Source of the DNA: Octopus sinensis
Taxonomy: Eukaryota
NCBI RefSeq assembly: GCF_006345805.1
Contig: NC_042998.1
Location: 128,588,001-128,652,000 of the forward strand
DNA: 64,000 bases
Direction of reading: 5' to 3'
Shown here in pieces: positions 51,122 to 64,000 of this stretch; the stretch's first letter is position 1, and each line of letters opens with the position of its first letter. The translations under genes and the position numbers were made by a program. A model generated the notes under the pieces. That model ran no database searches. It saw nothing but the letters and a program-made list of their open reading frames with translations, and was not told the DNA's origin.

Positions 51122-54100
51122 AGGTGTAGTAATATCAAAGGAAGGCTAACTGGGAAGATAGTTTTTGTATGTGGCAGATGCTCAGGAGCAATAAACACTG
51201 AAAATGTGCAGAGAACAACTTCCGCCACATTCCAGGGAGAAAAACTAAAAGTAGTTGATAGCTTCCATTATCTAGGTGACCAAGTCAATAGCAGGGGAGG
51301 GTGTTTTGCATTTTTTACAATTCATCTAGCTGCTAGAATAAGAATAGCCTGGGCAAAGTTCAGCGAGCTCTTACCTCTGCTGGTGACAAAGGGCCTCTCG
51401 CTCAGAGTAAAAGGTAGACTGTATGATGCATGTGTACAAACAGCCATGCTACATGGCAGTGAAAAATGGGCTGTGATTGCTGAGGACATGCGTAAGCTGG
51501 CAAGGAATGAAGCCAGTTTGCTCCGATGGATGAGTAATGTCAGTTTGCATACTCAACAGAGTGTAAGTACTTTGAGAGAAAAGTTGGACCTAAGAAGCAT
51601 CAGATGTGGTGTGCAAGAGAGACGACTGTGCTGCTATGGTCATGTGGTGAGAATGAATGAAGATAGCTGTGTGAAAAAGTACCACACCCTAGTAGTTGAG
51701 GGAACCTGTGGAAGAGATAGACCCAGAAAAACCTAGGATGAGATGGTGAAGCATGACCTTCAAACATTAAGCCTCACCGAGGCAATGACTAGTGACCACC
51801 TTTGGAAATATGCTGTGCTTGAGATGACCCGGCAAGCCAAGTGAGACCATAACCTCATGGCCTATACCAGGGGTGTAACCAGCTCACTTATGTGTACCTT
51901 TCCTTTATTGGACATTAAACTGCTTGCGAAGACCTGTTGAGGCAAGTCAAATTGAAATTGAAATTAAATTCGATGACTGGCATCTGTGCTAGTGGAGCAC
52001 TAAGAGCACCATCTGAATGTTATCATTGAAAGAGCAGCTAACTGGCTTCCGTGCTGGTGGCACATAAAAAGCACCATTCATGCGTGATCATTACCAGTGT
52101 CACCTTACTGGCACTTGTGCCGGTGACATGTGAAAAAAAACATTCAAGCAAGGTCGGTGCCAGTGCAGGTGGCACGTAAAAAACACCATTTGAGCATGGC
52201 CATTGCCAGTACTGCCTGACTGGCCCTCGTGCCAGTGGCACGTAAAAGCACCCACTACCTCTCGGAGTGGTTGGTGTTAGGAAGGGTATCCAGCTGTAGA
52301 AACTTTGCCAGATCAGATTGGAGCCTGGTGTAGCCATCTGGTTCGCCAGTCCTCAGTCAAATCATCCAACCCATGCTAGCATGGAAAGCAGACGTTAAAC
52401 AATGATGATGATGATGACGACTAAAGTATGGTTTCATAACTCAGACCATATATTCAATGGAGATTATTGCAATCCCTACAATAAACAAGATCCTTTCTTT
52501 ACAACAGCTGTTTGTATTGACACTTAAATAAGTGTAAGTTAATAATTTTATTGTTAACATGAACTAAACATATAGAACAAGTGTGTTTATTGATATTTAG
52601 CTAAGAAACAAAAAAAACAAAACAAAAAAAACTGTCCTTTAGCATTTAAACCAGCCGTAATAGGCCCAAATATTCTACCTAGTTTATGCTAGATCTAGCC
52701 TCTCACACCTACCTTACAATGTCATTGGAAAAATAATATATCATTGAAATCTTGAAATTACAAGATAATGCAGGATTAATTCAAAACGATGTAAATAAAT
52801 AAGCATTATAACTGACAGAATAATCTGAATGCTAAAGGGTAAAAGATTACCATGAAACTTGTTAGCCAGATGACAGTTTAGTTATTTTCATAGAAGGCAT
52901 TATCATCAATTAAAATGAATATAACATGTGAAAATGTCTAACAGTATTTTAGAATATTTTAGTAAGAATGGTGACTTTAACAAATTCCATGCCTTCAGGT
53001 TGAAAGCAGTTTTAGTTTCTTGTAGTTATTGAAATTGTTAAACAGGGTATAAAACTGAGTTTCATCAATTTTGCCATACAGACAAAACTGACATTTGTAG
53101 ATGAAAAGGAAGTTTGGTTCAAGATACATTTGTAGGAGGAGTGGGGGGTTTTCTAATAAAGAAAGCTTTGTAGGTTTATTTTCACACTTAACACTTAATT
53201 AATGTTATCTATTAATAAAATTTTAATCAAACATTACTGAAAACCAGTAAAAAAAACCTTCATAATTTGTGTTACTATATTTTTTTTGCATTTTTTACAA
53301 TCCCAGTTTCAAACTATAGAAGTTGTTGATTTGGAAGTACATGTTCTGGAAGAACTCTTACATACTGATGGATTTTTATATATGCTAGCCACTCATACAG
53401 AATGAAAGTAGGAGCTGGATCTATACTTATATAAAATAGAGCAGTACCATATCAAGGGCAGAGTTGTAAGTTCAGTATCTGCCATAAATACAATGTGGTA
53501 TTGAAATAAACAAAAATTGTTTATATGCAATGCGTCTAAGTTTACATACATGTCAACTTGCATTTTTGTATATAACAGCAAATTTTTGAACAGTTATCAT
53601 GTTACTAACAAGGAACTATAATGACAGTAATTCATTACTCTGCACTTGAGGTTGTGTTTATTCAAAGACATAGCATATGGAGTCTGTAGGAGGCTGGTTA
53701 TAAAATAACTAGGTTAGCAAAAAGCATGTGAAATCTCATGAATGATACACATGCATATGTACACACACACACACACACTAAAGTAAATGGCTATGTGATT
53801 TAAAAGCATTACTGTTCAGCTAAATGTTAGCTATTTAAAGTTTATAATTAACTAGCAGTATCGCCCGGCGTTGCTCGGGTTTGTAAGGGAAATAACTATA
53901 TAAGCATTTTTAGAGATGTAAAGTATAATAGCCATCTCAATATGGCTAACCACAAAGGGGGGTGTTACTGTAGCTTTTTACGTTCTGAGATTTAATAATA
54001 CATTTTTAGAGAGTTACTTCCCTTATATAATAGCAAAAAAAATGCATTAAAAATGGGAAAAAAATGATGGTTCATTTTTTTTTAAATCATAGACTCATCG

Positions 54101-54208
54101 TAGACGCGCGCTAATACCCAGAAGGGCTCAATATGAATCATGACTATAAGATACCCGCTTTTGGTTACACTGCACCACAAAATGTGGGAGTAGTTAGGAA
54201 TCTAAATC
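51122..54208 (+). repeat. Near-identical dispersed duplicate of 16890-19976 (RTE 3' part, piggyBac-like MITE, unique DNA, Helitron)
   Basis: Constant offset of 34,232 at both ends. At least six substitutions seen by eye and no net indel. Flanked by TAAT at 51118-51121 and 54209-54212. Confidence 0.97.
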
Positions 54209-57200
54209 TAATCCCCTCTAGCTTCAGTAAACATCAGCCATATTTTCTATCACATCTGTTTTCTTTGCCAGATGTTTAACATTGATAATGGTTATCTTAA
54301 TATTTCCCAGGTCTTCTTGGATCATTTTTAGTACTATTTTGGGTATTTTTCCTTCTAACTGGAGATGTTCAAGTAGTTTGTATGGCAATCCTGACTAATC
54401 CATTAATTTCATATAACCATATCTGTCCAACTGATGTTTGTAAATTTACTAAAAAGATAGTCAGGTAATAAAGGCAAATTTACTTGATTTCACAGCAGGT
54501 TAATCCACTATATCTAAAGGATATGTCTTAGATCTCTAACATATACAAATTACTCTAAAATAATAGAATCAATGAGGAAGTCTATGTAGGCCAGCACACT
54601 CCTAAGAAAATAAGACCATGGCTGTCTGAACTAGAATGTTTATGACTGAGTACCATACATAAACAGAAATTGTGCTACACGTAGCAAAGAGTAACTTAGT
54701 TGATCCAGGTTTCTTTGGTCAAAAAAGAGATAACTTAGTAGCAGGATGTTTTTTCAACCATAACCACCATTTACTTGAACAATAAGAAATATTGCTAAAT
54801 TGTGAAAACTACAAAAATTGGTGGGGTAGAGTGAGAGAAAGGAAATTAGTGAGAGTTAAGCAACCACTGTGAAGATTGGGTAAAGATAAGTCATTTAAAC
54901 AATGTAATAAATTAGTCTTGATCATTTGTTAAAAATTGCCTTATATTAAAAAGATATTATCTAATGTAACAGGGGAAATAGTCATTCAATTAAAAACAAC
55001 AGACGATAACTCAATGACAGGTGCCTTGTTTGTGACATACAAATTGTAGGCTGAGGACAAAAAGTCCATTATCAAAGTCAGCATGGCTTCAGTTGCACAT
55101 AATTGGTTGATTCTAGGTATGGGGTTTATGACAAGTTTACAAAAGCAATACAAGTTTCTTAAAATACTCATTCTCAGTGGGGTAATGGAATTTAATTTGA
55201 GCTGTTAACTATCTAAATTCTTTCAGATATTAAATGGTGTACTTATTTAGGTCTTTAGATACCAATAATACTGCTGCTGACATTTCAATGACAATGATAT
55301 TTTATGCAATCATTGCTAAGAAAAATACCAACAACTGAAAAAACAGTTACTTTTTATTGATGGTTCCTTGAGCAGCAGACTGAAAAGGCACATAACCAAG
55401 TGATTAGGCAATTGGGTTCTTGGTCATAAAGTCAGGGGTTAAATTTCCTGTCCAAGAGGCACACTGTTTCCTTGGGCAAAGCACTTCACATTGTTCCAGT
55501 CTATTCATCTGGTAAAAATTCACCTAGTCACCTTTAACTCCTTAGCATTTAAACCAGCAATATCCAGCCAAAATACTCTGTTTTGTGTTCAAACTGGCCA
55601 AATCTGGCTACTAACACATTACAATGTCATTCTAAAAACAAAATGCCACATCATCAGAATCTTGAAGCTACAAGATAATTCATGATTAATTCGAAACAGC
55701 GTGAAAAGGCATTGTATTTAACAGAATAATCTGAATGTTGAAGGGTTAATTAAGTTTGTGTGGCAGCATTGAAAAGTCAAAAATCTTCAGGCATGAAGAA
55801 GGATACATCCAACTGATGACTACTTAATCCTATCTTTACCATTTACCATGTTACAGAATCATAAAAAAAAAGTTATATTTTTTATGTTTCTTACAGGTAT
55901 AAATTTAAACATGTCTTAAAATAAACTTTTCTAAAGAAAGGTAGGTTATTAACTAAATGACAATATACATATTTTCTTTTGGTCTCAATTTTGTCAAGAT
56001 TTTGAGGTAGTAAACATACCAGGACTTAAATTTTATTCTCAGTTATTCAAATGTTTTCTGCCTAACTTTGGCATTTAAAGTGACCATATTTTATTTGTTT
56101 TATGTTCAAACTGGCCAGATTTGGCCTCTCATACCAATCCTACAATATCATTCTAAAAATTAACAGTTATCTCATCAAAATCTCAATACCTCAAAGTAAT
56201 GCATGATTAATTCAAAACACTGTGAATCAAAATCTGATGCTCTACTAACTGAACCACTACTGACCTTACCAGTTCCTGTCAAGCCATCCAACCCATGCAA
56301 GCATGGAAAATGGACATTAAATGATAATGATGATGAACATGAATAAAATAAGTATTACTTTTGATAGAATAATGTGAATGCTGAATGTTTAAGCAGCCTT
56401 TAATTTTTCCGTTTCCTATTGTGGTGTAGCATATATAGCCACTATGCAAAGCAAGTACTAACAATTTAAAATCTGTATAGAAATGTTAGATCATCTTCTG
56501 TGATTTTCTTGTTAGGCTTTAGTATTTCTATTCAAGTTTCTTTTATTTTAACAGTCAATTGTTGTTTATACTAACTAGATGAATCATTCTACTAAAATTT
56601 GAACTTCTGATTGTAAGACAAATAAATAAGTTGAAAATATCACTCATTTTGACAGACTGAATAATATTTACAGAAAGAAACTTCCTAAAAAAAATATCTT
56701 TTAGCTATCATGTCAAAGGCCATGCTAGAACACTACCTTTCATTTAATGTTGTTTTTAGTGTTGATTTTCTTCTATAGCAATCACTATAGAGTATTAAAC
56801 TTCCACTTACCACAGAGGGTAAGACCTAGGAAGAAAGAACTAAAGAGACCTGTTTGTCGATTTAGACTCATTATATATCAGCAGCTGACATTTACAGGCT
56901 TAGTTCAAAGAAAAGGCTAGTTTCCATTTGCTAAAATAGCAGGTTTGCCCCATCAGTAGATTAATATAATTCAATTCCCATTGGGAGTTATAACAGAGAT
57001 GCAGCACGATGTTTTGTCAGCAAACAGGTCGCGGTCTCAAAGAGACGAAATATTTTGACAAATTAAACTTAAATGTTGAAGTGAATCTAACGGTTTTGTG
57101 TGTTTCTTAAATGGCTTATAAACACCTTCCACGCTGCAATTATTTTCGTTCCAGCACACGCTCTCAGATCAAGTCACTCGCTATGCAAGTACATCTCCAT

Positions 57201-57245
57201 AAAAGTTATAACAGTGTTTTATTTAAATGGTTTGAGAGATAAATA

Positions 57246-57595
57246 TCATCATCATCATTGTTTAACGTCCGCTTTCCATGCTAGCATGGGTTGGACGATT
57301 TGACAGAGGGCTGGCAAACCAGATGGCTGCACCAGGCTCCAATCTTGATCTGACAGAGTTTCTACAGCTGAATGCCCTTCCTAACCCCAACCACTCCAAG
57401 AGTGTAGTGGGTGCTTTTACGTGCCACCGGCATGAGGGCCAGTAAGGCGATGCTGGTAACGATCACGCTTGAATGGTGCCTTTTACGTGCCACCTGCATG
57501 GAAGCCAGTTAGCCTCTTTGGCAACGATCACGCTCGGATGGTGCTCTTAGCACCCTACTAGCACAGGGCTCAAGTGCCAGTAAGGCGACACTGGA
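57246..57595 (-). mobile_element. RTE LINE 3' tail fragment (young, CpG-rich)
   Basis: Close match to 23722-24118. Confidence 0.85.
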
Positions 57596-59199
57596 ATATA
57601 TCAGATTATATTAAAATCAGCTTTTTCTAAATAACTTCAATCCTCAAATCATAGACAGTCAGATAAAGAAAATAAATGGTAAACATTCAAGGCATATATT
57701 CTTTTGCTTGTTTCAGTCATTTGACTGCGGCCAAGCTGAAGCATATATTTAAAAAAAAAATAGCCAAATCACCAGAATATGTTACATGTTTTTAGAAACT
57801 TGTTAATCTCATGGAGGATAAACAGAAACCTTTGCCACCAATATTGAAATCTCTCTCTCCTTCACTTTTATATATTATTTAACGTCTGTTTTCCATGGGT
57901 TGGACGGTTGGACAGAGGCTGGATAGGCAGAAGACTGCACCATGCTTCACCATCTGTTTCACTGTCTGCCTTGAAGAATTTTTAGCTAAACAAATCAATC
58001 CCAGTACTTTTTTAAACCTGGTACTTATTGTATCGTCTCTTTTACTCAACTACTCACAAACACAGTTTTCATCAGCCAAATCCACCCACAAGACTGAACC
58101 CAGAAACATGGTTGGGAAAGAAACTTCTTGCCACACAACCACATGTGAGAGAGAGAGAGAGAGACAGACAGACATATAAGTCATAGTCATTTTATGTCTA
58201 CTTTCTATACTGGTATAAGTTGGATGGTTCAATATGACTAGAATAAGTTCTTTATTTGGAGTTATTGCACTCCTAAAACAGTCGGAGGATCATGGTTTGC
58301 TTGTACATAGTCACAAATTTCCCACTAATTCAAAGAAGCAATGATATAACTCCCAATGCTAATCAAATTATACCAATTTGCTGGTTGGAAAAACATGTCA
58401 ATTATTTCAGTATATGGAAATTGGTCCTTTTGGCACAGTTTCTACAGCTAAATGTCCATTTTTTTTACTTCCACCAACCACTTTATAGAATGTACCGGGT
58501 GCATTTTATCATGGTATTAGCACCAAAGAAGTTCTCATACCCTTGACAAGCCTCAAAAGTCCTTTCAACTGTACATTCTCTGCTTGTTTACCAATTACTT
58601 TATAGAGTGTACTAGGTGCATTTTATATGGTATTAACATGCACTCATATTGTTATTTGTTTAATTCAGTTATTCAACATATTGCTAAATTTAATCCATCA
58701 AGCTTTAATCCTTTTGACACCAAGCTGTATCAGATCAGCACTCATTATTAATACAAAAGCTTTAATTTAAATATCGATATTTAAATTAAAATAGTCGACC
58801 ATAATTTCACCTATGAATCTTTTTTTGAAGTTACATTCTAAACATTAGCTTGAAAATAAAAATGTTAAGTTATTTTACTTGATTCCTTTAAATTCTTGAT
58901 TATTTTCAAATCTAATTCAAACAAACAGAATACTTCATAAGAAATATGGTCATGAACATGTTAAAGAGAAATTTCTGCTGTAGTTTGAAAAATAATTGTA
59001 TAAATAGTTCAGTTTGTTGATGTACTTTAGTATTAGATCTACACATAGATGTGTAAGATTTGCATTCCATGACATTTTAACCAAATATTGACAGTCTGTG
59101 GTTTATGACCGTTCTCAGAATATATAATTTAGATGAATTCAATTACTTCATCACTTATCCTACTGATGAAAGACCCATTTAATCCCCTCCAAAGTTAAA

Positions 59200-59990
59200 T
59201 GGTTTTCAGAAACAGAACATGTCCCAGTGATACATATTTTTTAAATGGATCTCAGTCAGAATTTCAGGCCTTAAGTATTCAGCTGCTTGATCAAGTAAAA
59301 CTATAAAGCTAACTGAATTAGCATGTATATGGTCGAGCATTCCAGACACATGTCCCCCTGATGTCATTCTCAGGCAGAATCCATGTGATGCAGTATGACA
59401 AGGCTGCGCTTTTGAATTACAGATACAATCCATAAGATGAACTTTTACACAGTTTACATCTACCAATATCTGTGCATATGTTTTAGCAGTTAGATAATGA
59501 GAAAAGCTCTTGATGTTTGCTTTATCTAGAGAAATTAAGACCAGCAAATTGTCTATCACAACCTGGAGCCTTCTTGACAAGGCGTCTTCCTAACCCTACT
59601 CACCAGGAGTACACAGTTGTTGCCTTTGTCTCTCAGAGAAACTATATATTGCAAGAGCTGGCTGTATTTCTGAACAAGAGACCTGAGCTGTTACAAACAA
59701 AGCTCACTGCTAGCAAACTAAACCATTAACTGGTATTATTTTGTTGTAAGTTTTAGCTTCACATATACAAACATCCAACTGTTTTCCTTTACAAGCGATC
59801 TGAAGTGTCTTCCAACTATCAACAATAGGGTCGGCTGTATGCCATTAGCTGTTGTTACCTTCCATAAAACTTTACTGATATCTTCATTAATTTTACTTCC
59901 ACAATTTGTTTTTACGTGTTTTTCTACTCTAGCACAGATAAGAATATTTTGAGGTATACTTTTACAGCCAGATGCTTTTTCCATCACTAA
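59200..59990 (-). pseudogene. Highly degenerate RTE-type LINE remnant
   Basis: GHVSGMLDH resembles GHVxRMxD and VLWKV...NGI resembles LWxVLxxYGI. Frames are disrupted. Confidence 0.45.
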
Positions 59991-60289
59991 CTCTTATTTG
60001 TTTTTCAAATCAAGGATCTCTTATTTCACAAGTTTTTAAAGGTGTAAAACCAGTAGATGATTTGTTGACAGAAGAAATGACAATAGAGTCATTACCTGCA
60101 TCTTGCAATATTTGGAGAATAAGTAAAGAAACACACAAGTGCATGCATGTACACACACACACACACACACACACAAAGGAGATGTAATTAGCAAGGGATG
60201 TGGTTGCTCTGAAAGTATAGTAGTCAGTATAAGAATTGATTGAAGAAAATTCACTGCTGACAACAAAGGTCTTTCTCTTAGGGTTAAGA

Positions 60290-60720
60290 ACAGATTGTAT
60301 GATGTCTGTGTTTAAACTACAATGCTGCAGGCTAGTGAGACATGAGCCTTAAATGTTATAGGTTTGAGAAAACCAGAAAGAACTGAAGCACCCATGTTCT
60401 GCTGGATGTGCAATGTAGGTGTTGTGAGAAAAACTGGGCATAAGAGGAATCAATAGTGGACAAGAAAGAAGACTGCACTGTTATGCTGAGGTGATGCATA
60501 TGGATAAGAACAGCTGTATAATGACATGTCAATCACTTAATATGGATAGAGCTCACAGAAGAAGGAAACCCAGGAAAACACGAGACAAAGTGAAGGTTGA
60601 TCTCAGGATCTTGGGCCTCACAGAGAAGATGACAAAAGAGTAAGACCAAGATAACTGACAATATGCAGTTTATTAGAAGACTTGCCTATCATAGCAAAAC
60701 TAAACTCTGGTAGCAGTGTG
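60290..60720 (+). pseudogene. Degenerate RTE LINE 3' ORF remnant
   Basis: RRKPRKTRDKVKVDLRILGLTEKMT resembles RPRKT..VKHDLQTLSLTEAMT at the end of the 16386-17504 ORF. Confidence 0.65.
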
Positions 60721-63700
60721 TGTGTGTGTGTGTGTGTGTGTGCATTTATGCGCAAATGGGCCCTTCACTCAATTTCCTTCCCCTTCAAGGCAACCCCACC
60801 ACTCATCACCTCCCCAACGGTAGCTCTTCCTTGATACCACTAAATTTTCTTGTTACCCAGAACCATTAATATTGTTTTCTCCACCCAGACTGAGACACCA
60901 AATTAGCTCTCCTCCTCTGCTACCATATGCTTCACCTCTCTCAAGCCCTATGCCTATCTCTTTCTTTCTCACCCACTCCTGCAACTTACCCAACATCATG
61001 TCATCTTTCTCTTATCTTTCTCCTGTTTACTCATTATCATTACTATTCTGTTGCTCCTACTCATCTCTCATTCTCCCCATACACACATACAACCTCCACC
61101 TACCCCCACTCCTATTCCATCCACCCTACTCATTTCTATTCACATTGTATCTTGAAGGTCCACCCAAACACTTCATCACTACTATTTTTACCACTCTCCA
61201 GCTTCATTTGACCACTCCCATCCTGTCTTCTATAAAATATGAGTGAGCATTCATATTTATGTCAAGAGCAAGAAACCTATTCTGCTTTGGTCCTTCTCTC
61301 ATACATTCACCCCTCATCTCGTCGCATAAAGATGACCTCCTCAGGGTTCAAAGTCATGCAAGCTGCATGGTGATTTCACTCGTACAGGTGGCATGAAAAA
61401 AGGCATCCTGTACATGTAAAGTGGTTGGCATTAGGAAAGGCAGAAACCATGTTAAAGCAGACACTGGAGTACAATGCAGTCTTCGGGTCCATAGGATTTT
61501 GTCAATCTGTTCAGTATGGAATACAGATGTTAAGTGATGATGATATACATTTTCTTTTATTTGTTTCAGTCATTTGACTGCAACCATGCTGGAGCACTGC
61601 CTTTAGTCAAACAGATCAACACCAGGGCTTATTCTTTGTAAGCCTAGTACTTATTCTATTGGTCACTTTTGCCGAACTGATAAGTTACGGAGACATAAAC
61701 ACACCAACATCGGTTGTCAAGTGATGGTGGGAGAACAAACACAGACACACACACATATATATTTATATGTACGATGGGCTTCTTTCAGTTTCTATCTACC
61801 AAATCTACTCACAAGGCTTTGGTTGGCCCTAGGCTATAGTAGAAGACACTTGCCCAAGGTGTCATGCAGTGGGACCGAACTCAGAACCATTTACATAATG
61901 CATGTATATCACTCACTGTATTGACCAGATTATTGAATGTTGTCATACACTGTTGGTCTCAATGTGCTTCCTCACATTGCTGTAGCTTTCGAATGATACC
62001 ACCCCAAAAGTTCTCCTGAATGGAATGCCAGTCTCTTGCAGGATTATCCATTTACAGCTGAGTGGACTGGAGCAAAGTGAAATGAAATGTTTTGCTCAAG
62101 AGTACAATGCACAACTACTCAGGGAGTCGAGACCATGACCTTGTATTCATGAATGCTACACTCTAATCACTAGGCCACATGCTCTCACACACACACAAAT
62201 ATATATACCTATCGATTAAATACAAATAAATACACTTTCCTCTCCAATTCCACCCAAACATCTCCCAACTCTATAATAATTTCTCCATTATTTCTAGTTA
62301 ATTAAAAATAGAAAAAAAAAAGTAATCAAATTAGAAATTTCCTCCTTCTAATAAATTTACACAAAACTGTTTAGTTACAGAATCATTAGAAAGCCAGTAG
62401 AATAATCATCATGGTGGAAAGAAATTATGAACAATTGTGTAAATTACATTGCACAATTGTTCCTAATTTCTCCCAGCTATTATTATCCCAACAGCTTTCT
62501 AATGATTCCGTAACTAAACAATTTATATTAAGCTCAGTGGTTTTCAAACTGTTAGTGTCACCCACTCCCTTTTCAAGGCATAAATTCGCCTCTTATCAGC
62601 CATTTTCTAATTCTTTTATAAATATTTTTGGAAGTAAATCATATGTGATACCTTGTTATGCTTTTGCCACAATTTTGTTGTTTACTTGCATTGTTTTATT
62701 TATTTATATATTTTTTTTGGTGTGTCTGTATGTTGTAATTTAAATATAACTGAGTTAATTACTAACCAATTTTACTTTCAGTCTAGCCACTCTAACTAAC
62801 ACTACAACCTTTAATCTGCATCCTGATTCCTAAACAAAAAGAGAGCCTGTTTGCAGTTGTTCAATCTGCAACAAATATCAGACAAATATAAGCAAACTAC
62901 ACCATACTGTCTTAAAAAGGAAATAATGGACAATGTAGTCCAGAGTACACAGAGGAGAAAAAGTACATGACAATCATGCCTAGAGTATGTTAGACAATAG
63001 GTATATTTTAAATGGGCCAACTTGGGAACTAAACAAAAACAACCTTTTATACATGTACAGCTCACAAAAATGCCAAGTAAAAACAAAACATAATAGCTGT
63101 AAGGTTCAAGTGGTGTATTACTAAATATGTATGTCATAAGTTCAGGCATTAATATAGTGATTGTGTGCATCTGGGCACACCACCTGACTGTTTGTAGGAT
63201 AATAAGACAAACTTCACTTCTTTAAAGTTCAGGGGTGTATACCAATAAGTAAACAAATAAGGTGTTGAATTGGCAGAGCCATCAGAACACTGGACAGAAT
63301 GTTTTGTGGTATTTGTTTCAATTCTCTGCTGAGTTCAAATTCTGCTGAGGTCAACTTTGCCTTCCATTTTATTGAGGTCAATAAAAAAAAAAAAGTATCA
63401 ATTTTAGACAATGCATTGGAAGAATGTCAGACCAGATGCCTTGTAGCATTTGTTTTGGCTCTTGTGTCTCGAGTTCAAATTTCACTAAGAAACTACCACC
63501 TATTTAACACCATCACCTAGCAACTTGGGTGCCTTTAGAGGAGTCTACATTGTTGTAAACACCTGGGCTGTTTCTAGTTTGAGAATACCTTCTTCCATTC
63601 CTCCTATCAGCTTTGAAGGCCCTAAAATGGGTCCCGAGCACTGCCTTCCATTCAGACTAAAAGATAAGAAAAGAATATCAATCATGTAAGAAGGGAAACT

Positions 63701-64000
63701 ATGCTAAAATTAAACAAAGATACCATAAAGGAAAGAATCTATTAGACCTTTTGACAAAGGAAAATAAATATCTAGTCAAAAGATATATACTAACACTCCT
63801 GTCCACACACCAAATCTGACATTATCAACTTCAAATTTGTCACTGTCAGTCTTGATTATGTTGGCATCTATCTCAGTTTCATCATTGTCAGCTTAAATGT
63901 CATTAATGTTGATCACTATACATATTTTTATGAGTATATTGATTAATACTTAGCTGACTTTAATTATTGAAAATGAGTGTGGTGGGAGCTTTTACGTGAC

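Noticed and set aside
55329-55334. 6-nt microexon-like TTGTTG (cag / gtattt)
   Set aside because: Weak donor, lies upstream of the candidate first exon, no other support.
59206-59987. ORFs of 124 and 83 aa as host exons
   Set aside because: Different frames, no ferlin motifs, weak RTE-like motifs. Best explained as an old LINE.
60760-61320. Pro/Ser/Leu-rich ORFs (also 26385-26612)
   Set aside because: Low-complexity pyrimidine-rich DNA with no splice or domain evidence.

Overview
AT-rich, repeat-dense animal genomic DNA. The repeat content (tRNA-headed SINEs, RTE LINE tails ending in (GAT)n) suggests a coleoid cephalopod, probably Octopus; this is an inference. The only host gene I can support is a type-I ferlin (myoferlin/dysferlin-like) on the minus strand. 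Four exons (26050-25959, 11253-11154, 7280-7226, 5675-5464) splice in frame and encode the second half of C2A plus the C2A-C2B linker ending in ...LSTKKQDFQ. I could not find the canonical first two C2A exons or the C2B exons in the window. The rest is intron filled with RTE, CR1 and Penelope-like retroelements, SINEs, mariner/Tc1 remnants and fold-back MITEs, piggyBac-like MITEs and Helitron/Helentron elements. Most notable observations: (1) a candidate alternative first exon and three microexons (9, 12, 11 nt) that would splice in frame onto the C2A exon; (2) a candidate internal first exon (MAKVFQ) that would bypass C2A; (3) a near-identical 3,087-bp duplication running from inside a Helitron through 2.7 kb of its 3' flank and bounded by TAAT; (4) an 18-nt insert in the LINE ORF apparently copied from 2 kb away. 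All splicing models come from sequence signals only and need RNA evidence.
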